From contig CBDCDC010000001.1 in the NCBI GenBank assembly GCA_965215195.1, forward strand, positions 192,001 to 256,000: a DNA stretch of 64,000 nt, in the 5' to 3' direction. This DNA is from Candidatus Latescibacterota bacterium. Lineage in GTDB: Bacteria > Latescibacterota > UBA2968 > UBA8231. A program made the translations under genes and the position numbers. Of this stretch, positions 39,975 through 48,754 are shown in pieces (within the stretch, counting starts at the first letter, position 1; each line of letters opens with the position of its first letter). The notes under the pieces were generated by a model that saw only the letters and a program-made list of their open reading frames with translations, was not told where the DNA came from and searched no databases.

Positions 39975-41860
39975 TGCCGATTGACCTCAACAGCCTCAAC
40001 GAGAATCAGCGTATCGCCGTATCATGGAACGGCGGCCCGCTTCTGGTCTTGGCAGGTCCGGGTTCCGGCAAGACGCGCGTCTTGACCTTCCGCGTCGCAC
40101 GATTGATTGAGGAACGTGAGGATGTGGCAGCGCTCGCACTCACCTTTACGAACAAGGCTGCTGCTGAAATGCGCGAGCGTGTAGATGCGCTTCTCGGCGA
40201 GCGCATAAGCCGAGCTCGCCTGCACACATTTCATTCCTTTGCAGCCGCCATCCTGCGTCAGCACGGAAGTCATTTGGGACTGCGGCCCGACTTCAGTTTG
40301 ATCACGCAAGACCAAGACCGTATCGCTATCCTCGACGAGATTGTAGCTAAGTTGCCCGATTATGAAACTCCATTGCCGACGGATCGCAAAAATCTCCTCA
40401 GCCTTATTGACCGCCTTTTTGCCGAGTCCTATGACGGAAATAAGAACGCACCATCGCTCATTCATACGCCAGATTGGCTCCCTCATCTCTTCGTGCGCTA
40501 CTGCGACACCCTCTTGGCCAGTAACCGACTCGACTTCGGAAGTTTGCTTCACTTCGCTCGCCTACTTCTAGAGAAGAATCCGGGCATCGCACGAGTGGTG
40601 CGAGTCGGTTGGACCCACGTTTGTGTTGATGAATTCCAAGACACCAACAAGGCGCAGTACGATTTGCTCCGGCTAGTCGCGCCCGACGAGCAACACAACC
40701 TCTTCGTGGTTGGGGACGACGATCAGATCATCTATCAATGGAATGGTGCCAGTCCGGAACGGCTCAAGCATCTGCGGCGGGACTACGCGATGGACGTGGT
40801 CCAGCTTCCAGAATGCTATCGCTGTCCTGCGCCCATCATCGAACTCGCCAATCTCCTGATTGCTCACAATCGCGTACGTACTCCGGGCAAGAAACCTATC
40901 ATAGCCAGCGGTACGACGGACTTGCATAGCAATCCTGTTCGTTATGGTGCCTTCGCGTCGCCTGAGGCAGAAGCGGAGTTCATCCCAAAGGATATTCGAG
41001 CTCGTGGTCTTCGTGCTGCAGATTGCGTGGTTTTGGGGCGAACCGCGAAGTTGATTGATCGTGCAGCAGACGCTCTGCGGGACGCCAGTTATAAAGCATA
41101 TCTGACACGACGAAAGAGCGAATTCGAGTCGGCACCCGTATGTGTGATGGTCAATGCTCTCCGTCTGGCCAATGCGCGTCATGACCGCGACATCCTGAGG
41201 CGGCTTTGCCTAGCGTGGGAGAGACTGGCTGATCAGCCACTTGAGGCCGATGCTGTGGCTGCAGCGGCAACGCTCACGGGCGGAGATTTCTTGCGTGCGT
41301 GGGCCGACGCGGCATCCGTAACTGCAACAGGATGTGCTGAGGCTGCAGTAAGCCGTATTCGCTCGGATCTGGTGGATTCGCTCGCCTTTCCGGGGATTGT
41401 CAATTGGTTCTTCAACCGAGGCTGGCAGGCATGGAGCAAGGAAGATGACCGAGAGTTCACCGATGAGGTGGAGACTTGGCGCGATCTGCATGATGAGATC
41501 TCCCGCGAGTATAATCACGACGACTTGACCTTGAATACCTACCTCCAGCAGATGGATCTCGCCTCAAAGATGCCTCGCCCAGGACCGGACGCAGTACGCT
41601 GTATGACCGTGCATGGAGCGAAGGGGCTCGAGTTCAAGCACGTCTATCTGCTCGGCATGGCGCAAGAGGTGCTTCCGTCCTTCCAAGCACTGTGCAAGGG
41701 AATAACGAGCAAAGAGGTCGAAGAGGAGAGAAGAAACTGCTTCGTAGCCATAACGCGGGTCGAAGAAACGTTGACGCTCACGAGATCGAAGCGGTACTAC
41801 GGATATCCGAAGAAGCCATCTCAGTTCTTGGCCGAGATGGGAATAGGAGACGACAAATGA
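39971..41860 (+). CDS. UvrD/Rep-family helicase (GajB-like)
   Basis: AGPGSGKT, TFTNKAA, DEFQD, GDDDQIIY, TVHGAKGLEF, EERRNCFVAITR; ATGA overlap with the OLD gene. Confidence 0.9.
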   Translation: MMPIDLNSLNENQRIAVSWNGGPLLVLAGPGSGKTRVLTFRVARLIEEREDVAALALTFTNKAAAEMRERVDALLGERISRARLHTFHSFAAAILRQHGSHLGLRPDFSLITQDQDRIAILDEIVAKLPDYETPLPTDRKNLLSLIDRLFAESYDGNKNAPSLIHTPDWLPHLFVRYCDTLLASNRLDFGSLLHFARLLLEKNPGIARVVRVGWTHVCVDEFQDTNKAQYDLLRLVAPDEQHNLFVVGDDDQIIYQWNGASPERLKHLRRDYAMDVVQLPECYRCPAPIIELANLLIAHNRVRTPGKKPIIASGTTDLHSNPVRYGAFASPEAEAEFIPKDIRARGLRAADCVVLGRTAKLIDRAADALRDASYKAYLTRRKSEFESAPVCVMVNALRLANARHDRDILRRLCLAWERLADQPLEADAVAAAATLTGGDFLRAWADAASVTATGCAEAAVSRIRSDLVDSLAFPGIVNWFFNRGWQAWSKEDDREFTDEVETWRDLHDEISREYNHDDLTLNTYLQQMDLASKMPRPGPDAVRCMTVHGAKGLEFKHVYLLGMAQEVLPSFQALCKGITSKEVEEERRNCFVAITRVEETLTLTRSKRYYGYPKKPSQFLAEMGIGDDK

Positions 41861-42150
41861 CGTGTTGGCTTCCGGCCTCCGGCACCCCACCGCCCCCACT
41901 CGACGTCCACGACCTGAGCATACGCATCGCCCGCGACGAAGGCGTGGTGCGGCCGCTCAACGGCGTCAGCTTCCGCATCAACGCCGGCCAAGCCGTGGGC
42001 ATCGTCGGCGAAAGCGGTTGCGGCAAGACCATGACGTCCAACGCCCTGCTGCGGATTTTGCCGCCAGCAGCCGAGATTACCAGCGGCCACATCCGCTATC
42101 GCCGCAAGCTGGACGAGCGCGAGATCGACTTGGCGGCACTCGACGCGCAC
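41857..42150 (+). pseudogene. Duplicated 5' fragment of the downstream ABC ATPase
   Basis: 41898-42150 is nearly identical to 43020-43272 and includes Walker A GESGCGKT. Confidence 0.9.
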
Positions 42151-42320
42151 CCGTGGTTAGCTGGGGAGTGCTGCTGCAAAAGGCGCAGAACTTTCAGGCC
42201 GTAGCCATGGCGCCGTGGCTGTTGCTGCCCGGGCTTTTCGTGGTCATCGCGGTGTTGGCTTTCAACGTGGTGGGCGATGGGATGCGCGATGCGGCCGATC
42301 CGTATGCTAGCCATTAGTTG
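42144..42320 (+). pseudogene. Duplicated 3' fragment of the DppC-like permease
   Basis: Matches 28615-28791 with a few SNPs; joined to the ATPase fragment at the shared 7-mer cgcgcac. Confidence 0.9.
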
Positions 42321-42387
42321 CCTTTTGGCGGGGCGAGAAAACTTCGGCCCAGCGAATCTTTGTAGCCATTTTCCTTTTGGTGGGTAT

Positions 42388-42426
42388 ATGTCTCGTACCA
42401 ACGTAAATATCGACGATCAGGCGTGT
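42388..42426 (+). pseudogene. vapB 5' relic
   Basis: MSRTNVNIDDQAC versus MSHINVNIDDQAC at 28898. Confidence 0.75.
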
Positions 42427-42523
42427 GGTGCTCGAGGTCGCACGTGTGGCTGTTGGCCTTATGACAACCGGGCCAGTTGGTGTTAATTCAATCTTGAAAC
42501 GTGCTTGAATAATCTGAGCAGAA

Positions 42524-42802
42524 ATGAATAATGACACGCCAGCCGAATCGGGGAAACTGGAATATACCAAGCACGCGGTTCATGCGATGGCCGAACGAAT
42601 GATCCCCATGGAGTGGGTCGAACTGGTAGTAGCCGAACCGGCGTTGCACATGCCCGATCCAAACGACCCCGAGGTAGAGCGTTTTTTCCGTTCTATCCCA
42701 CAACGGGACAACCGAATACTGCGCGTTGCTGTCAACACCCACGTTGCACCCTGGCGGGTGGTGAGCGTATTTTTTGACCGAAACATGAAAGGAAAATTAT
42801 GA
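42524..42802 (+). CDS. DUF4258-family putative toxin
   Basis: YTKHAVHAMAER, LRVAVN, VVSVFFDR. Confidence 0.75.
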   Translation: MNNDTPAESGKLEYTKHAVHAMAERMIPMEWVELVVAEPALHMPDPNDPEVERFFRSIPQRDNRILRVAVNTHVAPWRVVSVFFDRNMKGKL

Positions 42803-42999
42803 AACTGCATGTCGATAAAAAAGCTGACGCACTCTACCTGCGCCTCGATGATTCTGCCATCGTCGAGTCCGAAGAGGTCTCGCCGGGAGTAGTGCTCGAT
42901 TACAACGAATCGAACGAAGTGGTGGGTGTGGAAATGCTCTATCTATCGAAACGCTCGTCCAATCTGAATCTCTCCGCCTTGAAATTCGAGACCGCTTAG
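42799..42999 (+). CDS. DUF2283-family putative antitoxin
   Basis: DKKADALYLRL...ESEEV.PGVVLDY...VVGVE; ATGA overlap. Confidence 0.8.
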   Translation: MKLHVDKKADALYLRLDDSAIVESEEVSPGVVLDYNESNEVVGVEMLYLSKRSSNLNLSALKFETA

Positions 43000-43005
43000 C
43001 CACTT

Positions 43006-44010
43006 ATGACCTCTCCCCTACTCGACGTCCACGACCTGAGCGTGCGCATCGCCCGCGACGAAGGCGTGGTGCGGCCGCTCAACGGCGTCAGCTTCCGCAT
43101 CAACACCGGCCAAGCCGTGGGCATCGTCGGCGAAAGCGGTTGCGGCAAGACCATGACGTCCAACGCCCTGCTGCGGATTTTGCCGGCGGCGGCCGAGATT
43201 ACCAGCGGCCACATCCGCTATCGCCGCAAGCTGGACGAGCGCGAGATCGACTTGGCGGCACTCGACGCGCACAGCGACGAGATGCACCAGATCCGGGGCG
43301 GCGACATTTCCATGATCTTCCAAGAACCGATGACCGCGTTCTCGCCGGTTCACACCATTGGCAACCAAATCGCCGAGATGATCCAACTCCACGACTCCCT
43401 GTCCTCCCAAGCGACGCAACAGCGGGTCGTGGAGCTGTTGCATTTAGTCGGCATCCCCGAGCCACAGGACCGCGCCGATGACTATCCCTTCCAGCTTTCC
43501 GGCGGCATGCGCCAGCGAGCGATGATTGCCATGGCGCTGGCGAGCAATCCGCGACTTTTGATCGCCGACGAACCGACCACGGCCCTCGACGTGACCGTGC
43601 AGGCGCGGGTGCTTAAACTGATCCAGCGCCTGCAGCGCGAGCTAGGGCTGGCGCTCATGCTGATTACCCACGATCTAGGCGTGATCGCGCACACGGTCGA
43701 ATACGTCTATGTGATGTACATGGGGCGAATCGTCGAAGAGGGGCCAGTAGCCGCAATTTTCGACCGCCCGGCCCACCCTTATACCGCGGCCCTGTTGCAA
43801 TCCATCCCCAGCCTGACGGGCAAACGCCGGCGCATCGAGCCGATTGAGGGCAGCGTCCCCAGCGCGTACGCCCTGCCCGAGGGATGCCCCTTCCACACCC
43901 GCTGTACACAAAAGGTCGGCCCCATCTGCCAGCAGCAAATGCCGGCGTCGGCCCAAGTGGGCCCGCACCACCGCGCCCGTTGTTTCATTCACACTCAAGA
44001 AGGGGACTAG
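43006..44010 (+). CDS. ABC ATPase (DppD/OppD-like)
   Basis: [37 protein letters not shown]. Confidence 0.95.
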   Translation: MTSPLLDVHDLSVRIARDEGVVRPLNGVSFRINTGQAVGIVGESGCGKTMTSNALLRILPAAAEITSGHIRYRRKLDEREIDLAALDAHSDEMHQIRGGDISMIFQEPMTAFSPVHTIGNQIAEMIQLHDSLSSQATQQRVVELLHLVGIPEPQDRADDYPFQLSGGMRQRAMIAMALASNPRLLIADEPTTALDVTVQARVLKLIQRLQRELGLALMLITHDLGVIAHTVEYVYVMYMGRIVEEGPVAAIFDRPAHPYTAALLQSIPSLTGKRRRIEPIEGSVPSAYALPEGCPFHTRCTQKVGPICQQQMPASAQVGPHHRARCFIHTQEGD

Positions 44011-44014
44011 CCCA

Positions 44015-45028
44015 ATGTCCACAGGGGCCGAAAACATCCTCCTGCAAGTGCGAGGGTTAAAAAAGCACTTTCCCGTGCGCCGGGGGCTTTTACAGCGACA
44101 AACGGGTTGGGTAAAGGCCGTGGATGGCGTTAGCTTCGCGCTCGCCGAGGGCAAAATTTTGGGGCTGGTCGGCGAGAGCGGCTGCGGCAAGACCACCACC
44201 GGGCGGATGATTCTCCGCGCCTTGGACCCGACCGCCGGGAAGATCCTCTTTCGGCAGCAGAGCGGTCAGGTCTTAGACATGGCCCAGCTCGGCCGGCGCG
44301 AAGTCGTCCAAGCCCGCCGGCAGATGCAGATGATTTTCCAAGACCCGTACTCGTCCCTAAATCCGCGGATGCCGGTGCGCGACCTCATCGCCGAGCCGCT
44401 GCGGGCTTATGGCTGGTCGCCGCACGACAGCCACGAGCGCGTGGGCGAGCTGATGGAGCGGGTGGGGCTAGACCCCAGATATGCGCGCCGCTATCCGCAC
44501 GCCTTCTCGGGCGGCCAGCGGCAGCGCATCGGCATTGCCCGCGCCTTGGCCTTGAGCCCGTCGCTCATCGTCGCCGACGAGCCGGTCTCCGCACTCGACG
44601 TCAGCGTACAAGCGCAAATTCTCAACTTGCTCCGCCAATTGCAGGCCGACCTCGACCTCACCTTGCTCTTTATCGCCCACGACCTGAGCGTGGTGCGCTA
44701 TCTGTGCGACGAAGTGGCCGTCATGTACCAAGGCCGGATCGTGGAACAGGCCGCCACCGAGGCCCTCTTTACCCAACCGCAACATCCCTATACGGCCATG
44801 TTGCTAGAGGCCGCGCCCGCGCCCGACCCCCACGCCTCGTGGATGGAGGCCGACGAAGACGCCAGCGAGGCGGGTGAGCCAACGCCGGCGGGCGACCAAG
44901 GGTGCGCGTTTGCGCCGCGCTGCCGCTACCAAAGCGACCTGTGCAGCCAGCAGATGCCGGCGCTGGAGGGCGAGTCGCATCTGGCCGCCTGCCACCACAA
45001 AGACGAGCTGGAACTGCAGGGCGTGTAG
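44015..45028 (+). CDS. ABC ATPase (DppF/OppF-like)
   Basis: [35 protein letters not shown]. Confidence 0.95.
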   Translation: MSTGAENILLQVRGLKKHFPVRRGLLQRQTGWVKAVDGVSFALAEGKILGLVGESGCGKTTTGRMILRALDPTAGKILFRQQSGQVLDMAQLGRREVVQARRQMQMIFQDPYSSLNPRMPVRDLIAEPLRAYGWSPHDSHERVGELMERVGLDPRYARRYPHAFSGGQRQRIGIARALALSPSLIVADEPVSALDVSVQAQILNLLRQLQADLDLTLLFIAHDLSVVRYLCDEVAVMYQGRIVEQAATEALFTQPQHPYTAMLLEAAPAPDPHASWMEADEDASEAGEPTPAGDQGCAFAPRCRYQSDLCSQQMPALEGESHLAACHHKDELELQGV

Positions 45029-45031
45029 CCT

Positions 45032-45125
45032 TGGGTCTATGCGGCTCTCGTCGAAAGCGGCTTTGAGAAGCGCGGCGAGATCATCCGCCTAGTACAGACG
45101 CTGCGGGGTGGCGACCGCCCCAAAA
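45032..45125 (+). pseudogene. Possible fragment of an N4/N6 DNA methyltransferase
   Basis: Reads WVYAALVESGFEKRGEIIRLVQTLRGGDRPK, recalled as a segment of site-specific DNA methyltransferases; no start or flanking coding context. Confidence 0.45.
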
Positions 45126-45224
45126 TTTGCAGACAAGCCTGTTCGGCTGAAGACGCTTACGGCTCGGCTAGGATGGCGCGATGGTGCCCGACCCCGGCGT
45201 CGGGCAGCCGTCTGGACGCGGGGG

Positions 45225-46055
45225 TTAAGCGTTCCCGCAGCGTCGTTCCGCCGTGCGGTAGGGAGCAGGATCAAAGCCCGGATACCGCGTCGCCATCCCC
45301 GCGACAAATTCTTCCGTCCACAGGGAGTCGCCCGGCCGCGGGAAGCCGAGCAGTTCGCGTTGGCGCGGGGTGGCTTCCGCCATGAAGCGGTGCATGGCGG
45401 TGCCTTGGGCACCGCTTTTGTACGCGAACGTGCGACCGCCGTCATAGGGGCGGTCCTTGCGGGTGAAGCCCACCCACATGACCGGACGGTGTCCCGCTGG
45501 CGCAGTGAAATCTGAGGCCGCGTGGCGGGTGAAGACGCTGTAGAGGCACACCGAGCCGCCGGGGACGAGCATCGGCACGGCTTCCTCGTCGGGGCGGCCA
45601 TTGGGCACCATGCGGATCGGGGCCATGCCTTCCTCGACGTCGTCGAAGCAGTAGAAACAGACCAAGTTCATAAAGTCATCTGGCTCGATGATCGGCCCTA
45701 GCGTGTTGTTGCCGTAGTCGATGTGGAAATTGGTCCCGTATTCCTCGCCGGCGTATTTCATGCCTAGGTGGCCCTCGCAGAGGCGAATCTCGCGCGTACC
45801 TAAGACGCGCTCGGCCGCGTCAATCAGATCGGGATGGACGGTGACGTGATTGAGGCCGGCGTGGTCCCAAGGGAAGAGCCTGTGCTGGGGGGTGTCGTTG
45901 CGGCGGTCGTTGGCTAGGTATTGGTCGTAGGGCGGGGCGAAGTGGGTGAAGAAGCCGTCGAGCGCGGCTTGCTGCTCGTCTTTAGTGAGGAAGTTCTCGA
46001 CGATCAGAAAGCCCTGCTCTTTGTACGCAGCGAGTTGGGCGTCGGTGATGTGCAT
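45225..46055 (-). CDS. Phytanoyl-CoA dioxygenase (PhyH)-family Fe/2OG enzyme
   Basis: YKEQGFLIVENFL, HxD (HID), distal H (RHAAS). Confidence 0.85.
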   Translation of the reverse strand: MHITDAQLAAYKEQGFLIVENFLTKDEQQAALDGFFTHFAPPYDQYLANDRRNDTPQHRLFPWDHAGLNHVTVHPDLIDAAERVLGTREIRLCEGHLGMKYAGEEYGTNFHIDYGNNTLGPIIEPDDFMNLVCFYCFDDVEEGMAPIRMVPNGRPDEEAVPMLVPGGSVCLYSVFTRHAASDFTAPAGHRPVMWVGFTRKDRPYDGGRTFAYKSGAQGTAMHRFMAEATPRQRELLGFPRPGDSLWTEEFVAGMATRYPGFDPAPYRTAERRCGNA

Positions 46056-46058
46056 CTA

Positions 46059-46970
46059 TTACTTGTCGGCGTAGATCGCCACAATGCGCTGCAACAGGTC
46101 TAGGGCCTGCCCGCGCTCGCGCTGGAAGGCGTTGCGGCCAATGATGGAGCCAAAGCCGCCGCCAGCGCGGATGCCGGTGATTTCCTCGATGATTTCCCCC
46201 TCGCCCTTGGCCGGGCCGCCAGAAAAGATCACCACGCGCCGCCCGTTGAACGCCGCTTGCACCACGTGAGCCACGCGCTCGGCCAAGGTGCTGGCTGGCA
46301 CATCCGCGTACGCCTTGCGGGCTTCGTCCTGCTCAATGTGGGCCGTAGGCGGTTTGACCTTGATGACATGGGCCCCTAGCTGGGCGGCGATTTGGGCGGC
46401 GTACGCAGTGACGTCGAGCGCGGTCTCCCCGTCCTTGCTCAAGTCCGTGCCGCGCGGATAGGACCACACCACCACGACCAAACCGTGCCGCTTGGCCTCT
46501 TCGGCTAGGGCTTGCAGCTTTTCGTACATCTCCTGCCGCAGGGCCGAACCCGGATAGACCGTGTAGCCGATGCCAACGCAACCCAAGCGCAGGGCAGCGG
46601 CGATGGACCCGGTGAGCGACTGAGCGGGGTCTGCGTCGGAGTGGAGGTTTTCTCGGTTGTTGAGCTTGAGGATCAGCGGCAGATCGCCGGCAAAGTCGCG
46701 TGCGCCGGCTTCGAGGAACCCGAGCGGGGCGGCGTATGCACTGAGGCCGGCCGCGATGGCCAGCTCAAAGTGATAGCGCGGATCGTACGCCGGCGGGTTG
46801 GGGGCGAAGCTGCGCCCAGGGCCGTGCTCAACGCCCTGATCTACCGGCAGAATGACTAGCTTGCCCGTGCCGCCGAGTGCGCCGTGGTTGAGCAGGCGCG
46901 CCAAGTTGGTCAAGGTGCCAGGGTTGTCGCTGCCATACCAGCCTAGGATTTCGCGGATGCGCTCTTGCAT
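46059..46970 (-). CDS. fbaB: Class I fructose-bisphosphate aldolase (DhnA/FbaB type)
   Basis: ILPVDQGVEHGP, WSYPRG, IKVK, FSGG, IIGRN. Confidence 0.92.
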   Translation of the reverse strand: MQERIREILGWYGSDNPGTLTNLARLLNHGALGGTGKLVILPVDQGVEHGPGRSFAPNPPAYDPRYHFELAIAAGLSAYAAPLGFLEAGARDFAGDLPLILKLNNRENLHSDADPAQSLTGSIAAALRLGCVGIGYTVYPGSALRQEMYEKLQALAEEAKRHGLVVVVWSYPRGTDLSKDGETALDVTAYAAQIAAQLGAHVIKVKPPTAHIEQDEARKAYADVPASTLAERVAHVVQAAFNGRRVVIFSGGPAKGEGEIIEEITGIRAGGGFGSIIGRNAFQRERGQALDLLQRIVAIYADK

Positions 46971-47004
46971 CTTGTACCTTTCTCGCTTGAGAAGTAGAAT
47001 TGAC

Positions 47005-47048
47005 AAAAGAAAAGCTCCTCAACCGCGCAACGCGCGCTAAAGGAGCTT
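47005..47048 (-). terminator. Hairpin/terminator downstream of tRNA-Asp
   Basis: aagctcct/aggagctt stem followed by a T-rich tract on the minus strand. Confidence 0.55.
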
Positions 47049-47055
47049 GGCAAAA

Positions 47056-47132
47056 TGGCGGGGACGACGAGACTCGAACTCGCGACCTTCGGCGTGACAG
47101 GCCGACGTTCTAACCAACTGAACTACGCCCCC
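47056..47132 (-). tRNA. tRNA-Asp (GTC)
   Basis: GGGGGCG TAGTTCAGTTGGTTAGAAC...CTGTCAC...GTTCGAGT...CGTCCCC G CCA; 77 nt with encoded CCA. Confidence 0.97.
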
Positions 47133-47169
47133 ATGTATTTGAATAAGGTAAAAGCCAGATCAAATGTTG

Positions 47170-47703
47170 TCAATGGATGGCCGCGACTTTGGCCTGTGCA
47201 GCCCCCTCTTTTTTTAATCGCCTGAGTGCGCCGCGCATGAGCTGGCGCTTGAGCGGGCTGAGGTGGTCGATGAAGAGCTTGCCGTCGAGATGGTCGATTT
47301 CGTGCTGGAGGGCGCGGGCGTAAAAGCCTTCGCCCGCGGTTTTGCAGGGCTGGCCATCGAGGCCAATGGCCTCGACTTCGACCCAAGCGTAGCGCTTGAC
47401 GTCGCCGTACAGGTCGGGAAAGCTCAGACAGCCCTCCTCGCCGATTTGCTCGCCCTCGTGGGCTGTGATCTTGGGATTGATTAAGGCCACAGGCTGGCAG
47501 TTGGGCTGGTGGGCGGTCACATCGACGACGCAGACCCGCTTGAGGACGCCGATCTGCGGAGCGGCAAGCCCGACCCCGGCCGCGGCCTGCATGGAGTCGA
47601 AGAGGTCGGTGACGAGCGCGCGGATGGCGTCGTCCACCACCGCGACCGGAGCACACGACTGGCGGAGGCACTGCGCCCCGAACAGCGCAATTTCGCGTTT
47701 CAT
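47170..47703 (-). CDS. def: Peptide deformylase
   Basis: GVGLAAPQIG, EGCLS, HEIDHLDG; ATG 47703 overlaps the larE stop. Confidence 0.95.
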   Translation of the reverse strand: MKREIALFGAQCLRQSCAPVAVVDDAIRALVTDLFDSMQAAAGVGLAAPQIGVLKRVCVVDVTAHQPNCQPVALINPKITAHEGEQIGEEGCLSFPDLYGDVKRYAWVEVEAIGLDGQPCKTAGEGFYARALQHEIDHLDGKLFIDHLSPLKRQLMRGALRRLKKEGAAQAKVAAIH

Positions 47704-48749
47704 GCGTCCAAGGGGTCTAATTCGAGGGCAATATAGCGCAGGCCCAAGTCGGAGAGCGTGGCCACGAGGGCCGAGCGCAACTGGGCCGCAGCGAGGCAGG
47801 CGATGGCTTTTGCCGGCAGGCGCAAAACGAGCATCTGGCCGCGTTGCTCGTACGCGGCCGGCAGCAGCGAATGCGCTGCGAGTAGCGGATTGACCCGCGC
47901 AAAGAGCGGCTCGTCGGCACCCGAGTTGGCGATGGAGAGCAGGGCCTCGTTCATGCTGCCGGAGCGAAAGCCGCACAGATCGGCCGTAGTTTGCAGATAG
48001 CCAATTTCCCGCAAGTGCTCCACCAAAGACCGACGCGCCCCCGGGTCGCCCAGCAGGCGCGTCAAGTCCTCAGCGGGCAACTCAATGCGCGACAGGGTCT
48101 CGTGATGGCGGGCGCGAACTTGGGCAAAGCCACAGACCTCGTGCAGATAGCGCTCGGCGCGGTCGATTTGGCGCAGGCCCTCGGCCGTGACCGGCGTACC
48201 GTAGGGAAAGCGCGACGAGAGGCAGGCCATGGCCGGGCGGTCCCACACTGCCAGCCCCCAGCGCTTGGCTAGGGTGCGCACGTCGTCCTTGGTCAGGCCC
48301 GCTTCGGCTAAGGGCGCGTGTACGCCGCGCTCGCGGGCGGCCGCAGCCCCGGGGCGGAAATCGCCGATGTCGTCGGCGTTTTGGCCGTAGAGGATGTAAT
48401 CGACATTGAGAGTGCGCGCTAGCGCTTCCATGTGGACGAAGAGCTCTTGCTTGCAGTAGTAGCAGCGATTGGGCGCGTTTTTGGCGTAGTCGGGATTGTC
48501 CAGCTCGCGGGTCTTGACCACCTCGTGGCGGATGCCGAACTCGCGGGTGATTTCGGTGGCCTTCTCCAGCTCTCCGGTGGCGTAGCTCTCAGAATCCGCG
48601 GTGACGCAGATGGCCCCCGCGCCCAAGACCCGCTGGGCCGCCACCGCCAAGGTCGCGCTATCGACCCCGCCCGAATAGCCGACCAGCACCTGCCCCATGG
48701 GGCGCAGAATTTCTTCGAGGTGAGCCAGTTTTTCGTCTAGGGGAAGCAC
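47700..48749 (-). CDS. larE: LarE-family ATP-dependent sulfur transferase
   Basis: PP-loop SGGVDS, RCYYCK, NADD..DFRPG, ACLSSRFPYG, QVRAR, GFRSGSMN. Confidence 0.9.
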   Translation of the reverse strand: MLPLDEKLAHLEEILRPMGQVLVGYSGGVDSATLAVAAQRVLGAGAICVTADSESYATGELEKATEITREFGIRHEVVKTRELDNPDYAKNAPNRCYYCKQELFVHMEALARTLNVDYILYGQNADDIGDFRPGAAAARERGVHAPLAEAGLTKDDVRTLAKRWGLAVWDRPAMACLSSRFPYGTPVTAEGLRQIDRAERYLHEVCGFAQVRARHHETLSRIELPAEDLTRLLGDPGARRSLVEHLREIGYLQTTADLCGFRSGSMNEALLSIANSGADEPLFARVNPLLAAHSLLPAAYEQRGQMLVLRLPAKAIACLAAAQLRSALVATLSDLGLRYIALELDPLDA

Positions 48750-48754
48750 GGCGG

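Noticed and set aside
41692-42317. ORFs 41692-42204 and 41862-42317 as novel genes
   Set aside because: They are products of the ATPase/permease duplication junction.
47056-47132. tRNA-Asp as the island integration site
   Set aside because: No duplicated tRNA 3' end was found, and housekeeping genes separate it from the island.
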